Under the pieces are notes generated by a model that was not told the DNA's origin, made no database searches, and saw only the letters and a list, made by a program, of their open reading frames with translations. Both the position numbers and the translations under genes were made by a program. Below, piece after piece: positions 1-13,299 of a DNA stretch of 64,000 bases (its first letter is position 1; every line of letters begins with the position of its first letter). Source of the DNA: Raillietiella orientalis (Eukaryota); the NCBI GenBank assembly GCA_036172245.1, contig JAYWIR010000004.1:2480001-2544000 (forward strand). Reading direction: 5' to 3'.

Positions 1-289
1 GGGGAGGGAAGGGAGGGAAGGCTGGAAGACACAGAGCAGGGACAGCTCAGTACCTTGAAGATAAGTGGTGGTGGGATAAACCGTTTCCCAGACGTCCGGT
101 CCCTCACTTCCTCCCGTGCTCTGAGAGAGAACGGTGACGACCACACGCCTGCGCGGATTAGGCTCCAGTGCTTCTCCATGCGTGCCATCTCTAGAGCAGA
201 GGTGGGAAACAAAGGGTGAATGGAATGGGGTGAGTTCGAGCAGCGAGGCGCCGGGCGGCCGAGCTGCAAAGAACTCCGGAGGTCTTTCT

Positions 290-1560
290 ACGAAGGCGAT
301 GATGCGGTTGCTGCAGGGTAGCGGGCCAAAAAGCATCGCGTGTCAGTGCAGCTGCGGTCTCTGATCCAGTCTTTCGGTCGCCGGGCCTTCGAAGGCAACA
401 TCGAATCCTCCAAACGAGGACTTGATCTCCAGACGAGATTCAGAAGTGGAATTGCCATTCGTCAAAAGAGCCAGATCCGTCCGTCTTCCTCTCGGAAGGC
501 GGTCACGGCGAGATTTTTCCTCGTTCACGGAAAAAAAACCCAACTCTGAGCCTTGGAAACCTTCCAATCGTGAAGATTCGACGGAAGATCCGGTGCTCTG
601 AGGAGCGGTGCCGCCGCTTCCGGGACGCTCTGGAAACCCCTGTAGGACGCATGATGCCCTGGAGTCAGGTTTCCTTAAGGTAGAACTGATCGATCAGGTG
701 ATCCAGATTGTATCCGAAGATCCAGGTGTTTGCGTGCCCAAGTTTTTTTTTGTCGCTGTTCTTTGGAAGTGTTCCAAAAGAGATGCGTATCCGTGACATG
801 AAATCATCACGACCTGTTAACAGCAGCTTCTCTCCGGTGGTTTGGTCCATCTGGAACGGAAGGGGGGGTGCTCCCGCTCTGCCGAACTTCTGGCAAAACT
901 TTCAGCAGCTTCAAGCGCAGCGCACGCAGCAAGTCCTCTCAGGTCCGTGTTTTCTAGCGTCCACATCAGCGGCTCCAACAGGCTATTTTGGATAGGAAAG
1001 AAGGGGAAGGTGCAGCGGGTGATCAGGCTGTTTATAACTCCTCCTCTTCCTAGGACTGATATTTGCGGTACTCGTGGTGCTGCCACCAGATGTTTGGAAA
1101 GGTCTTTCCCTCGGGCGAACTCTCTGCTGCCTGCGCTCGAGATGCTTTTTCTTCTCGGGACAGAAAAGCGTTCCAAGTGAGTCCTCTCACTTGGGATGCT
1201 TTTCTCAGCTGTCCAGGGATCTCGGAAAGCGTCGGTCTGCGAGTCATCCCCGGGCAGAATTCCCTCAAGGGAGAGCGAGCGCCTCCCCAGTTCTTGCCGC
1301 TCTGAGCATCACGGCAGCGAATAGATGGCGTGGAGTCGCTGCTTTGTTCCCGAGGGACTCTTCGCAGAGGGCGCACCCTTCGTTTGAGGAGAGCGCGACC
1401 TCCGCGGCCTGGCCGATATCGCTGGTTTGGTTTTCGGCGAACCAGATGCCAGTAGAAGCGTCCTCTGGGGTGCTAACCCTGCCCCTGATTATTGGAGGAT
1501 CTCGGGACACGGAGTGTTCTCCGTGAAAGGAGGAACTCATTGTCCAGAATGGACGAGGAT
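290..1560 (-). mobile_element. Decayed non-LTR retrotransposon (LINE) reverse-transcriptase remnant
   Basis: Frameshifted minus-strand peptides occur in the expected RT order: IIRGRVSTPEDA (cf. FRxGRSTxDA), PRVPQISVLG (cf. GVPQGSVLGP), KHLDLRI/GYNLD (cf. KYLGxxLD), RLEIKSSF (cf. LEYxSxVW). No intact ORF. Confidence 0.4.
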
Positions 1561-4500
1561 CAAGAAGAGGGCTCGATGGGAGCATTCTCCTGTGTCGGGG
1601 GCCAAAGAAGTGAGCTCATGCGCGAGGTTCCTAACTGGAGTTCCACTCCCCGGATCCCTACTCTCCAAACCGGAAGGGTAAGCCACCTCCCAAGCTAAAG
1701 GACAGTCGTCTGCTGGTGCGTGGTTCTCCCTGCTGGCCTCCCCCGACTTTTAGAGCCGCTTTCCTGTCCCCCTGCTGCGTGGTGGCTTTCCAGAGCCCTC
1801 GAGGCGCGTGTCTTCACGCGGCCACCCACCTGCACGCACGCCCACGAGTGCAGGCAAAAATCGACTCTGCCGGACCGCGTTGCCGGGGGAACCGCGCGCG
1901 CGCGGAAAGCGTTTCGAAAGCTACGAATAGCCGGGCGGAAGAATCCACGCATCCGACCTCCGTGGCGCCCTCCGCGGCCCGCGGTCAGCGTTTGTCTTCG
2001 TTGCATCTCCTCGCGGGATTCCTCACCCCCCACGACCCGCCTCCTCGCCTCCGCAGCAGCATCCCTGCGGTGCGCGCTTGCTATGGACGAAACCGCGGAG
2101 GACCGCGGTGGGTTCCGAGGCGCTCGTTTAGAACGGGAAGGAGTACCGTTCCGGCGCGGTCACTCGAAGTCCTGCGCGGGTTGTCAGGTTCACGAACGTC
2201 GGAGCGTTTCGCGTTTAGTGGACGGCTGCCCTGGATACGGGCTGCTGCTCGCTCCTCGAAGGATCCCACCCCGAGGAGCGATCGTGCCCGGATTTTTCCC
2301 GGTTCAAGCTTTGAGGGCGCGATCACTTGGAAACGTGGCTCCGGGTCAATCTGCCGGGGAGGGTTTCTTCCATGGACGTCTCGTCTGCGGAAGCATCTTG
2401 CCAGCAGCGCTCATGGCTGCCCCTCTGAACCACATAAAGCTTTGCCCTTCGCGTACCCACGTTGTTCATTTGGAGCGCCCTGGCAGGAAGACGCCCCGCC
2501 CCAGGAAACTTGCAGGGAGATGCTTTCCATTTTCTACTTTCTACAAAAAAATCGAAACTCTCAGCCTACGAGGGTCACTTGATCAGCAGCGTTGCAGCGC
2601 AGCAGCAGCACCGGTAGAGAGTCTCATGACTGTCGTCATGGGGTCACGATCAGCGGTGCTGCAACCCACACCACTGGTCGCCTACCGTGGGCCGATAGGG
2701 CGTTCTGCCCGCGTACCGACGACCAAGCAAAGCCACATGCTCCTTTTGAAAGAAGGAAGAAAGGTGAGGTTGCGCAGCACGGGGTCGCGAGATGCTCCAC
2801 GGAAAGGAACCTGCAGCTGAAGCAATGCCGCAGGAATTTCGTAACGAAAAGAACAGCTGCGATGATGAAGAGATGCGAGGGGGCTGGCAAGGAGGAGCAG
2901 CTCGCATTCTTCTCAAGCCGCCGTGTGGGTCCCGAGGTCGCAGCTTGTGGGATCCCGAAAGGGAAAAAGGAAAGTTGCAGAGATTTCGTTACCAGGGAAG
3001 CCTGCTTCTAGTCGGAATGCCAAAGAGCCGAAAGGGAGGTTGCGCCCTTCAATCGCAGAAATGAAGATGCCTCTCATTTAGAGGGGTTCTTTGGAGATGC
3101 TTCTGCGCGCCCTCACGCACGCTCTCCGTTTTCGCTCCTGAAGCTCGCAAAACATCTTCCTTCCTCCTGTGCTTCTCCTGTGCATCTCAGGATGCAGAGG
3201 AAAGTTCTCCCTCTGCGTCATGGAAATCTTCTTTTCGCTCCTTCTCGTTTTTCTTTTCTTTTCCTCCATTTTCAAACCTGCATATATCAACTCCCGTCGT
3301 TATCTCCTCCCAGACGCAACGTCCGACGCTGCGTGCAAGTCTTTCACGGGAGTCTGAGCGAACCGGGACCACGGGAATAGGCTGCCGAGCGAGCAGAGCT
3401 GATGGAAGCCTCCGAAAAGTGTGTGAACCCGGAACAACTCTGGAAGAGACACTTCTGGCTAGGTGTCACTGCCATCCGTCACGTTCGCACTTGTGCCGCG
3501 TGCAGCCATTGGATGCCGGTAGCGTAGACAAATACGTGTATGTCGCTTCGGGCTGAGAGCTTCGCGTGCCTCTCTGAAGGTAGGGAGGAGGCGATGCGGC
3601 ACTCTCGGGAGATTCCGCAACACTCCTCCGAAGTTTCCCGCATCTGTTCAATGATCGGAAGGTGAAGATCACCCAGAGTCACGGCTCTAAGAGAATTCAA
3701 TGTCATCAGCACGCATCGTTCTCAATAATGTCTCAACCTTCGGAGGTCTCTCTGAGATCCCGGATTACGGAGTAAGAGGAAGCGTTTCTCTTCCAGGAGA
3801 AAAATGCAGGCTCCATCCTAGGGAAGCTGCGCTTCTTAGCTAACCGACAAAACTCGGGAGCGGTGAACTCTGAGATTCAAGCGATGCAGCGTTCATTCTC
3901 CGCTTTGGAGCAGCGAACTGACTGGTGCAAGGATAGAAGGTGTTCTCGACTCGTAGATTTAAGCACACCATCTCCGGATGTTGTGTTTGAGATGTGAGAC
4001 ACCCCATGAGAAATTTTCCTGAGCTTGGACACGATGAAGACCTTCATCTTCCCGCCCTCGCAACCATCAAGGCACCATGTGCCTTGCAGAAACTCCGGGT
4101 TGCTAGCAAAAAGCTCCACGTGCAACATGACTCGAAGATTGCGGTGTCTTCGTCGACTCTCTCGTGGAAGAGTGCCTGCGGAACTGTCCATGAAGGAATT
4201 CTCTAGCCATATTTCTGAAGAGTTGGATAGGACCCGGGCATCTTCTGCTTGCCATACTCAGGCCAGTGCTACCACGCTGGAATTCCGGGATCAAATCAGC
4301 AGCAAAGCGGAGGCAGCCGTTCATTCCGTCCCGTTTGATGGGTCAGAAACAGAGGATGGAATCATGTCTAGGCCTTCAGACTCTGAAGACTAATCCAGGC
4401 ATTTATCGCGGGCTTTAAAACACTATCGTGAAGAGCTGAGAACAGTCCAGTATTCCAGATTTGCTTCACGCATCCAAGTTCTTGGTCGCACCTTTTTCCT

Positions 4501-5879
4501 TGGAGAGTCCGTCGAATGGATCCTCTCTGGAATGCGAGGGAGAATTCCATCTAGAGGGAAGAAGATAGGAGGAAGGAAGGCCTCGAGGAAAGAGGATTCA
4601 GCTGGAAACAGGTTTCGAGACTGTTTAAAAGAATAACGGTTTCCAAAGTTTGGAAGAGAGATGATGCTCAAAGAGATGGATGTTGTTTCAGTTGTCGCGT
4701 TTCCGAAGAGGTGACAAGGAAGAACTGAAAGAATCCAAAAAAAAAGAGAGAGAGAAAAAAACTCTCTTTGATCCAGTCTTACTTTCTTTGGAATAAGATT
4801 TCTGAATTTCGTTTCTGAAATATACATGGTCACCACCTATTTTCTACCATTTATCCCTGGACATTCTATCGTTAATGCTTCACCGAGTTCCGAAGGAGGG
4901 ATCAAAAGGCAAGGTTTCTTCGTCCAAAGCTTTTTGTGGACGAGACGAAGGTTCCGACCCTCCACTGCTTTGTTCTTCTCACGTGGTTTCCTGCAACACA
5001 AGAATTACGCATTTTTTGATATTGTGGAGCAACCTCTTTTGGGGTCGCCGCGGTAATCTTCCCTCGAGCCGAGGAAGTGTCTTCGCAGAGCACGTGCAAA
5101 ACCTTGCTCCCGTGAGTCAAACCCTCCGGCAAGGTCTAAATCCCATATGGGAGACTCTAGGGCTTTCCAAGCAGCCTGCCATCACAGTCCCGGAGGCAGG
5201 GTCCCAAATTCTTACACTTCGGGCCGGTATTCTTCCAGTATCCTGGTACCAATCTTCTCATCAAGGGCTTTTAATTATCTATCTGACGCTTACACTTGGG
5301 TTCCACTCGGGCCGCCCGAGGGATGGGCATTCTCAGGGGCAGACAGCAAATTTAAACGCCATCATTTGACCGCGGATGATAGTTCAACCAGCTTGCTTGT
5401 TGGTCAGCAGCCCTTTCCGGTTCCGTGCTCTCGGTGCTTGGAACACGGCTCACAGCCGCATCCTGTTGGATCCTCACCGCTTGGAGAGAAGACGGACTCT
5501 TCCTCCGACCGTGAGCCAGCGGGTCCGTGCCAGCGACTGGTCTTCAAGATCGATTTGACTTTTCACGCCCGTCCCTCTTGCGAACCCCGAAGGGTTTTAA
5601 GAGCTCCCAGCAGTTCGTGCTGGACGCTCACTTGAGCAACGCTTGGCGTTCCCGGATCCTTTTCTGTTATCCTCGTTTCAGACCTCCCTTCTGCTGTCGT
5701 GGCTCCGCCTTGCATCGTGCTCCGACGAGAACATCGAGACGGGTCCGGGCGCGCTGGACCTTCGGAAGCTGCAGGCCGATAATAACGATGAGGACCATCA
5801 GCTCGACAGGGGCTCCCCTAGCGTAGGCATGCTTAGGCTAAGGGAGGCATAATTTTTTTCTGTCAAGCAGCATCCGGGG

Positions 5880-6700
5880 GGGAGGTGGCTGCGTCTTGTA
5901 TCGGGCTGGGCTCCACCTCCTTCGTACCTCGGGTCACCAAGAATTTCCAGACCGCTGCTTCCTACGCGATACTCGCACCTCCCCCCGCTCGAGCGAACGT
6001 GCACAAGGAGCGGTGCATTCATCGCACGTGGCGGAAGCTGTCGGAGGCGGCATCATGGTGCAGTCTCGGTCGCCGGGTGCGGAACGCCGCTCTCTCGTCG
6101 CCAGTGGTCACGAGTCTATCCGACCAGCGGCAGCGGAGGAGCGGTCCCAGGGGTGGACACGAGACTACTCTGGCCAGATCCTGGTGCTACTCTTGCGGGG
6201 GATCGGGTCACCACTCTTTGAAGCGCTTCCTGCCCTGAAGGCAACGTCGGAGACGGCGCTGGAAGCTGGATGAGAAGATACGGAGGCCAAACGGAGGGAG
6301 GGAGGAGATGTCCCTCCCCTTCTCCTCTAGGGGGGGAGCAGCGGCTTCGAGGCGAGAATGGTCGCAGCACGGAGGGGTGGAGATGAGGGGTAGCCTCGGA
6401 GTCCCTCGCGCTCGCGAGCGGAGCACTCGAGACGCAGGACGGGATGCGCGTCGACACTCACCGGGCGAGCGCGCGTCGGATCGCCCCCGGCTGGGAAGAA
6501 CAGTCACCGCCGCGACCAGTGTTCTTCCTCCGATCCGAAACTCCCTCCCGTTCCGTTGAGTTGCCCCACATCTTTGCTCTGGCCCCATGATTCTGGATAC
6601 CCGGTAGAAATGTCGCCTCTGTCCCTTTTCGCCTACTGCTCACGCCCTCTCGGAGAGGAAGGTGGGTCGCTTCCGTTCCTCTTTGACAGGTGACCGTCAG
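5880..6700 (+). mobile_element. Decayed LTR-retrotransposon gag zinc knuckle plus aspartyl protease remnant
   Basis: WCYSCGGSGHHSLKR at ~6182-6226 is a CCHC knuckle with the last Cys lost. It is followed by MILDT(frameshift)GRNVASVP at ~6587-6625, resembling the LDTG retropepsin motif. Confidence 0.35.
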
Positions 6701-7039
6701 ACGACGGCCGGACATCCGGCGGTAAGGAGACACCGGATGTCCAAAGCCATCTCTGTCCACCCTTTCGCATGCCGTTTCGGGACGGTGCGAGCTGGGAAGC
6801 CCGCACGCGTCCTCACAGGAGTCCCGAGGGACGGAACGGAACTTGTGCATGCCAGCAGCAGCCGCAACCGGGAGAAGAAGAAGAGCGGAAGGCTCTGTGG
6901 TCCGCGAGTTCTGCGTCAGGAATGTGCGCCACTCCCCGTGCAGCAAGCTTGATGATGACGGCCAGAGTCGATGATGGGGACGCTCGCAATCGCCAATGAC
7001 ACTTTCCACCGCGTGAATCAATCAATTCAAGTAGGGAAA

Positions 7040-8040
7040 GAGGATTTAGGAACGGAAATCAGCTCTGATCTTCCGCGAGATGAGTGAAGTCAGAGGAGAG
7101 AGAAAACCCATTTCTCGTCTACAGGACACGATCCGCATAAATAAATCCCGAAAACGAGGACGATGTCGCGATAAGTTTTTCTGGCAACGGCGATGGCGGC
7201 GACCGTGTTTTCTTAGGCAAAGGAAGCGAGGGTGCCGCGAGGAGCAGATCACGGGGAAGGCAGCAGCCTGCGGCCCAGATCTTTGAACGGACGGTTCCCT
7301 CCCTTCCTCCTCTGCAAGTCTGTTCCGAGCTCGAGCAGAAACGGTCGGAGAAGTCCCAGCAGACCTGTGCATGCCACGACGACGACTCTCATTGTCTTCT
7401 GAAGGGGAAGACAGCCGGCGCCGTCTCTCCGTCTTCCCAGCTATTCCCCCTCCCTCCTGGTTCCGTTTTCATCGTTGGAACCAGAAAACGGATTCCTCAC
7501 GAGGGAAGAAGAAGAGGGGCGCCTCGACACAGTGGCTGCAGGGGCGTCCGACCGGGATCGCCCACGCAAGGTAGTCGCAGATACGCGGAGAAAGCCCCGG
7601 AGAAATGGCGACGGGATGGGTACAGCTCAAGAGGGCTCGGAAGCCATTTGACCTCGGGATCGACACTCGAGGTGAACCGGGCGCGCGGTGCCGGGACACT
7701 GCCGCTAGCGGCCGACTCGGAGAGGTTTCCTTGGGTGCCCGACGGCTGTCTTCCATCCAGGGATGCATTCCGGGTTCTCCCAACTCGGGCACAGGTGAAA
7801 ACGTATGGCATGCTTTGCGACAGCGCCGCAGCCGACCTGAACTTCTTCGGATGCTCAGGTCAGGGAGAAGACGCAGGTTACCGAATTCATTGTCGAGAAC
7901 AAAGGTCACGATGCCTCTCGTCCCAATCGTGGGAGCCAGGCTCCCAGCACGAGGGAGGTGGATCGGAAAAGTCTCCATTTTGAGCACAGTTTTCACGTGT
8001 TTCCGGAAGTGGTCAGGCAGCACTGCATGCAAGGCAGGGT
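7040..8040 (-). mobile_element. Decayed L1/Tx1-like LINE ORF1 end and start of the ORF2 endonuclease
   Basis: IGTRGIVTFVLDNEFGNLRLLP...RRCRKACHTFSPVP resembles a degenerate ORF1 knuckle. It is followed by FMRIVSC...GFLSP...RKIRADF (cf. APE endonuclease N-terminus IVSxNxxG...ADI). Confidence 0.33.
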
Positions 8041-10089
8041 TGCTAGGTTCCTCAAGGATTTCTTGGATTTTGGCCTCTCGCCAAAATCCAAGAAATCAGC
8101 ATCAAACCGCCATCAATCAGCATCAATCAGCCAAGGACATCAGCATCCTGCAAACGCAAGTGAACCGAACTGCGTCGAAGCACCACCCAAAAAGGGAGGA
8201 GGAGGGTCAAATTGTTGTATGCAATAGTGGGAGGCGGGTATCCTAAGAAGAAGAAGACGAGATCGCTTGATGAGGCCCATGAAATCCTGTGTCAAGCGCC
8301 GCGGTATACAGGGAGAGGAAGAACCTTCTCTGAGTGAAGGGACAGTCCGTAATACTCATCTCACGCTTGGCGCAACGTCGGAGGTTGCAACTTTGTGCCG
8401 CCTCCGCGAGCATCGATGGTTTCTGATCCCGCGAGGAGCTGCACCGAAAGAGGCCAGACAAGCAGGGATGCCCTCCCTGTCGTCACCTCCTTCGTGGGGA
8501 TCATGACGAGATGGCCTCGCCTCAACACATCTCGAGGAGGAACTGGTGCATCCTGGACAGGATTTCGGGAATGCCAATTGCTGCGATTCCTTCCCTCGCC
8601 CTCCTCCTTCCCCTTTCTTTCTCCCATCAAAAACAGCTGTTCTGTTGCTTATTTTCTTTCCATTCACTTCCTTCTTCCTTATTTTCCCTGTCCGGGCAAG
8701 CTGCTCTCGAGCGGAAACGTCTCCCGGACTTGTGTCGCCGTAGTGGGATCTGAAATCCCACCTCAAAGGAAGGGCTTATATATATACATATATATAGATA
8801 TGGATTTTTGAACGGTCTACTTATTAATAAGATTTTCACGACAAATGGCCCGGTGTGACTGTGTGGGAGCTACCAATGAAGGTGCACAGAGGGAGAGTGA
8901 GGAGAGAGGATCCTCTCTCGCCACATTGGCGCTATTGAGACGTGATAAGAGACTGCTCGTCGTCGTCAAGAGAGTGCAGCGTGCGCACTGAATGGCGATT
9001 CGTGAGCCATCATACCAGAAGCGAATCCTACCAGTCATAATCTACAAATTACAATAGATGCAATTAGGTGGACTCGTGCATTGAAAGATGAACCCGCCAT
9101 TACCATGGACATTTAGGATGGACATTTAGCGATCAAAAGTAAACCCAGAAGAAGCAGAAGCGCAAGCATCACACGACAAGATAATCGGTTATGAGAATCC
9201 ATCAGGGTTCGTTCCGTGCTGTTAATCGATTTAATGATCCTATTTTCCATAAGAAGATCTGATTGGGAACCTCCTAAGCAACGGTTTCGCGTGTGTTCCC
9301 CGCTTCTGCTGAATGAGGGTGTGTTTTAAATGCATTCTTCTGTGAAGAAGAGGGGCGAAGAGGAATCTTTGACAGCATAAGGAGCGAGGTGTCTGCCTCG
9401 GCAAGGTAGCCACATCGGTTTTAAAAGTTTCCTTCCGTCAAAGTGCCGGAAGCCTGACAGCGAAGTCATCTGGAAGTAGCAATCCGGATGAAAAGCGCGT
9501 CATTTTTGGAGAGGAAGAAGGGTGAAGCTTGTTTCTGTGGCAAGTAGATCTGACAGCCATCTATCAGATAAAGAATCTCCAAAAATCACACAGGCATTAG
9601 TTATAAATTCCTATCGAACTCTTTTTACAAGTCTATAGTAAGGAGCGCGTATTTTCGGATAGAATGTTGATGTCAATTCCAATCAACTCCTTGCACATGG
9701 TTCTCTTGAGCATCCTCCTATGTGCCATAATGGAGATCTCAGAAAGGACCTAAAGAGGATCTAATTGACAGCTGCTCCAAAGAATATTTGACTGTTTCTG
9801 ATTGTGATGTTAGGAGCGCTTCTTCCATATAAAACTGGGATGATTGTGAAGGTTTCTCTTCTGGTAGAGAAACATCTGGAGCAGTGAAACTCATTCTCCT
9901 CACCCTATTGGAAGGAAGCGCGGCTTGACTATTGTGTGTGCAGCACTGGATACACTCATCCATCATCAATTTGCAGTACAAAACTTTGTGGCAACTGGGG
10001 TGTTGTTCTCTGCCTTTCAACACGAGAACGAGACTTCCTTTTCGAGAGATGGCACTCTTTCTGAAATTTTGCAAGTCGATCATATTAGG

Positions 10090-10520
10090 TCATGATGCTG
10101 TGCCACACTTTCATCGATGTTCTCCGAAATTCAGCATTTCCGCGATGCAATAGTCCTTTCCATCTCATGCATCACCACATTTGTTTGATTTTGCTCATCT
10201 GAGTATTTTTTGTGGTGCGACTCCATCTTGTGACGCACATCTCGCCGTCATACGAACTTGCTGCTACTGTTTGCAGCACCGGATGTTTCAGCTGCGGATG
10301 AACTGTTCATGTTGTCAGAACCCGGTGTTTTCATCATTTCCAAAATCATCATGCAGCTCTCACCATGTGCCACACATTCTTCGGCTCTTGCTTTTGAAAG
10401 CGCTCGTTATTACAAATATTCACTGCTTGCTCTCTGACCTTTTCCCAATTTGTTTTAACATCAGTCCCTCCTCTCGAATTTTCTGACATGCAATGTGAAC
10501 AGCAAATTTTCTACGGTTCT
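10090..10520 (-). pseudogene. Possible decayed SANT/Myb-type fragment resembling the BRD8 N-terminus
   Basis: Frameshifted peptides: ENLLFTLHVRK / TNWEKVREQ / ARAEECVAH / ILEMMKTP...AETSG...SKF / KVWHSI. Order and spacing recall the BRD8 N-terminal SANT-like region as I remember it. Several stops; assignment tentative. Confidence 0.25.
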
Positions 10521-10635
10521 TTTTGCTGCCTTGAGTTTTTCTCAGGCTTCGTTGGGAGGAACTGGGCGGTGCTGAGAGCATGAATAGTGTAAGCAACTCC
10601 ATGAATCTCGTAAAACGGACCTTTATTGAAACCCC

Positions 10636-11150
10636 AAATGCCGGAAGCTGAAGACAACATACAAACGGCTCTTTGCGCTTTGGCCAGACATCCACCAGGA
10701 GCAGTTGAGAGTTGATCCCAACTTTGGCGCCAGTAGGGCAAACTGAATTGTTTTGATAGTAGCAGTAGTTCATTGCCATCCATGGGCGCAGTGTCTTCCC
10801 TGTACAGCACGCGACATACCCTCTACTCCCCATGATGGGGATCGCACTTCATCATTTGATTTGCAGTCTCGAAGCACGAGTTAGCGATCTCTGATACATC
10901 CAGCTGTTCATGACATGCTTTCTCAACAGAGATAACTGTTGCATATGTGACAAGTGGAAAATGAATCCGTGGATATGGTACCAAGTTCGTTTGAAATTCT
11001 GCCAAATCCACATTCAAAACACCATAGAAACGCAGAGAAGCTGTGGTTTATGAAACGATCTGCTAAATTAGTCTGTTAAGGCCCGTGTATGCTGGTCTTT
11101 CAATGCGACTGCAAAACATCATTAGTGGCTTCATTATCGACCACGAAGCA
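10636..11150 (-). pseudogene. Alpha-tubulin pseudogene fragment (approx. residues 200-385, no introns in this stretch)
   Basis: [74 protein letters not shown]...KCDPHHGE*...CPTGAKVGINSQ..PGGCLAKAQRAVCMLS is unmistakably alpha-tubulin. It has at least three in-frame stops, several frameshifts/deletions, and both ends are truncated. Confidence 0.93.
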
Positions 11151-11619
11151 ATTAATGGTTCTCACCTCTCTGAATCCCTGTTGAGAATGTCTTACTGTCT
11201 CTGAATCATTTCCATTTTTTGCATTGTAGGTTTGTTTGTTCGTTTTTTTCATTTTTTTCAAGCATCACAGTCTTAGCGCTTTGGCAGCCAATCCGAGTTA
11301 TGTGACCCACAATTGTATGCTCTCTTCTCCTAGGAGAGCTGCAAATTGAGCTTCAAGCATTCTTCATCGCTTCCTGAGGGACTGAAAATGATCCTGTGTC
11401 TTGTCTTGTCTTTTTCTTTCTCCCCTTACCAAAATCAGGAGATTTTCAGTTTGTGTCGAATTCGTTGACCGTCATTCCGATGCTGGTTTCCGGAAGTAGC
11501 GTTTTCTCCGTCCACGCTTCCTAATTAACCACTCTTTCCTGATCCATTTTCCGACTTCCCGATCCTTCCCTCTTGTTCCATCCATCCAATTCCTTAAAAT
11601 TCGCCTCTTTCAATGGGAG

Positions 11620-13240
11620 TCGAGCTTTGCTGTCTTGAGACGACCTATCACTCTTCTTGCACAAGTGCGAACCTTTGCTAATGGAGGCTTTCTCAGTTGG
11701 ACGTTGGACTAGCGTTTGGACGCTGCCCTGTGTTCATTTTTCCTCGGAGCCTTAGCGTGATCATAGCATCTTGTGCTGCTGACTTTCTCAGAAGAAAAAG
11801 ATCTCCGTCACGATCACAGGATTGTGTGGAATGGCTCCAGGACTTGCATCCGTGTCCAGTTTTACTGGGAAAAGAAAAGTGAAGTACCTAGCACGGATGA
11901 TTTGGGGATGAACGGAAATTCCGTTCGGAGTTGCTCTGACGTCATTAATCACTGATCGAAGATGAAGATCTTCTTCAGAGAAGAGAAAGCGCATTCTACG
12001 AAAGCTCCACGAATTTTCTCAGCAGCAGTTGCCAGAAGAAAACCTTGAAATACAACCAGCTAATCATACACATGTGTGCATTTACACACGTGTGTGTGCT
12101 TGGCTGTTCCGTTTTGCCTGCCAGAGCTCTCCGAAAGTTAAGCATCGGTTATCATGAGAATTTGAGGAAACCGCAAGCGTTTTGCTTTGTTTGGTAACCT
12201 CAGGTGAGATTCAGTCAATATCCATCACCGTATCGCGTGGGAGATTGAGCTGGTACTTTTAGGTGGACGTAGGAACGTGAGCGCATGCAGAAATTTTTTT
12301 TCATCTTACACGAAGAAGAGTTTTTCTTGAAATACACGAAGAAAAATTTTTGAAAAGTTTTCTCCACCTTGTCGGTTTTTTCTTGTTTTTGTTTAACAAT
12401 CCCTCCTTGAGGTCGCTATAAAAAAAAGAAGAAAAATTGAATTTTGAGGTGAGAGAAGTTGAGATGAATCGAAAATATCATGAAGATGATGCTCTCTCTG
12501 CCTTCCACACAACAGTCTCACGTATGAAGCGAAGGATGCTGTCAAGGGGACATCGACAACTCGAAACACACCACTGTCATCTTTGTGTGAGTGTCTAACT
12601 CTTCGAATCTATTTCAGGAAAAACTTGTTTTCAGTTACAAACTGTAGATTCATGTCACATTAGTACGGCTGTAGAATAATTGATAAAGCTGTGTTCACGG
12701 TTGACGTCGTTCTCAATGCGAACGGATGTTTTTTTTTTTTTTTTTTTCTACGGTGAAGGACGCTACTGAATTTCTGCAGGTCCCTCCTTGACTTCAGGAA
12801 CCATCTGTTTGTGCCTGCATGCACACTTCCTCGTGTGCACGTGAATTTCTGTTTTCATCTACTCTTCACTCGCGAACGAAGAACAACGATCAGTTTCGAT
12901 TTGAATCCAAAAGGCTACAAACGCACTTGTCTCGGTGTGATTTTGGAAATCATTCAGTCCTTGGATCATGGTGAGGATCGATCAATCCAAACTCAGCACT
13001 CCGCAGCAGATAAGGTGGACCAGATTTCAGCAGACCCGATTGTACAGGAATCGCAAGGTGCACTGGAAAGACGATTGGAATCAGTTAGCAGCTCCAGGTA
13101 GAAAGGAGAAGAATTCAAATGGGAAAGACATTCTAAGGGCACCTTATGGCTGGGAGACACAGATCTGAAGAAGATTCGATATGCAAGCTGTTCCGGCGAG
13201 AAAAAAAGTCCGCCACACATTTTGCAGTGTTTTTTTTTTT
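11620..13240 (+). mobile_element. Discontinuous remnants of an RNase H-type LINE (RT piece and C-terminal CCHC finger)
   Basis: QLDVGLAFGR (cf. LDxxKAFD) at ~11695; AADKVDQ (cf. RNase H ADxLAK) at ~13005; GHLMAGRH..EDSICKL..EKKSATHF (cf. TGH..CxxC..ETxxH) at ~13137-13230. Confidence 0.33.
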
Positions 13241-13299
13241 TTGGTTGCAGAACGCAAACAGCAACTTACTAATCAGCTGAAGAAGGAATGGAAATTCAG

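Noticed and set aside
1716..2820. Long overlapping ORFs of 288 and 366 aa
   Set aside because: Arg/Pro/Ala/Ser-rich with no recognisable motifs and open in several frames, as expected in stop-poor GC-rich DNA.
12523..12650. ETHHCHLCVSV*L..KTCF, resembling a piggyBac C-terminal cysteine-rich domain
   Set aside because: Too short and degraded, with no transposase core or TTAA-flanked inverted repeats seen.
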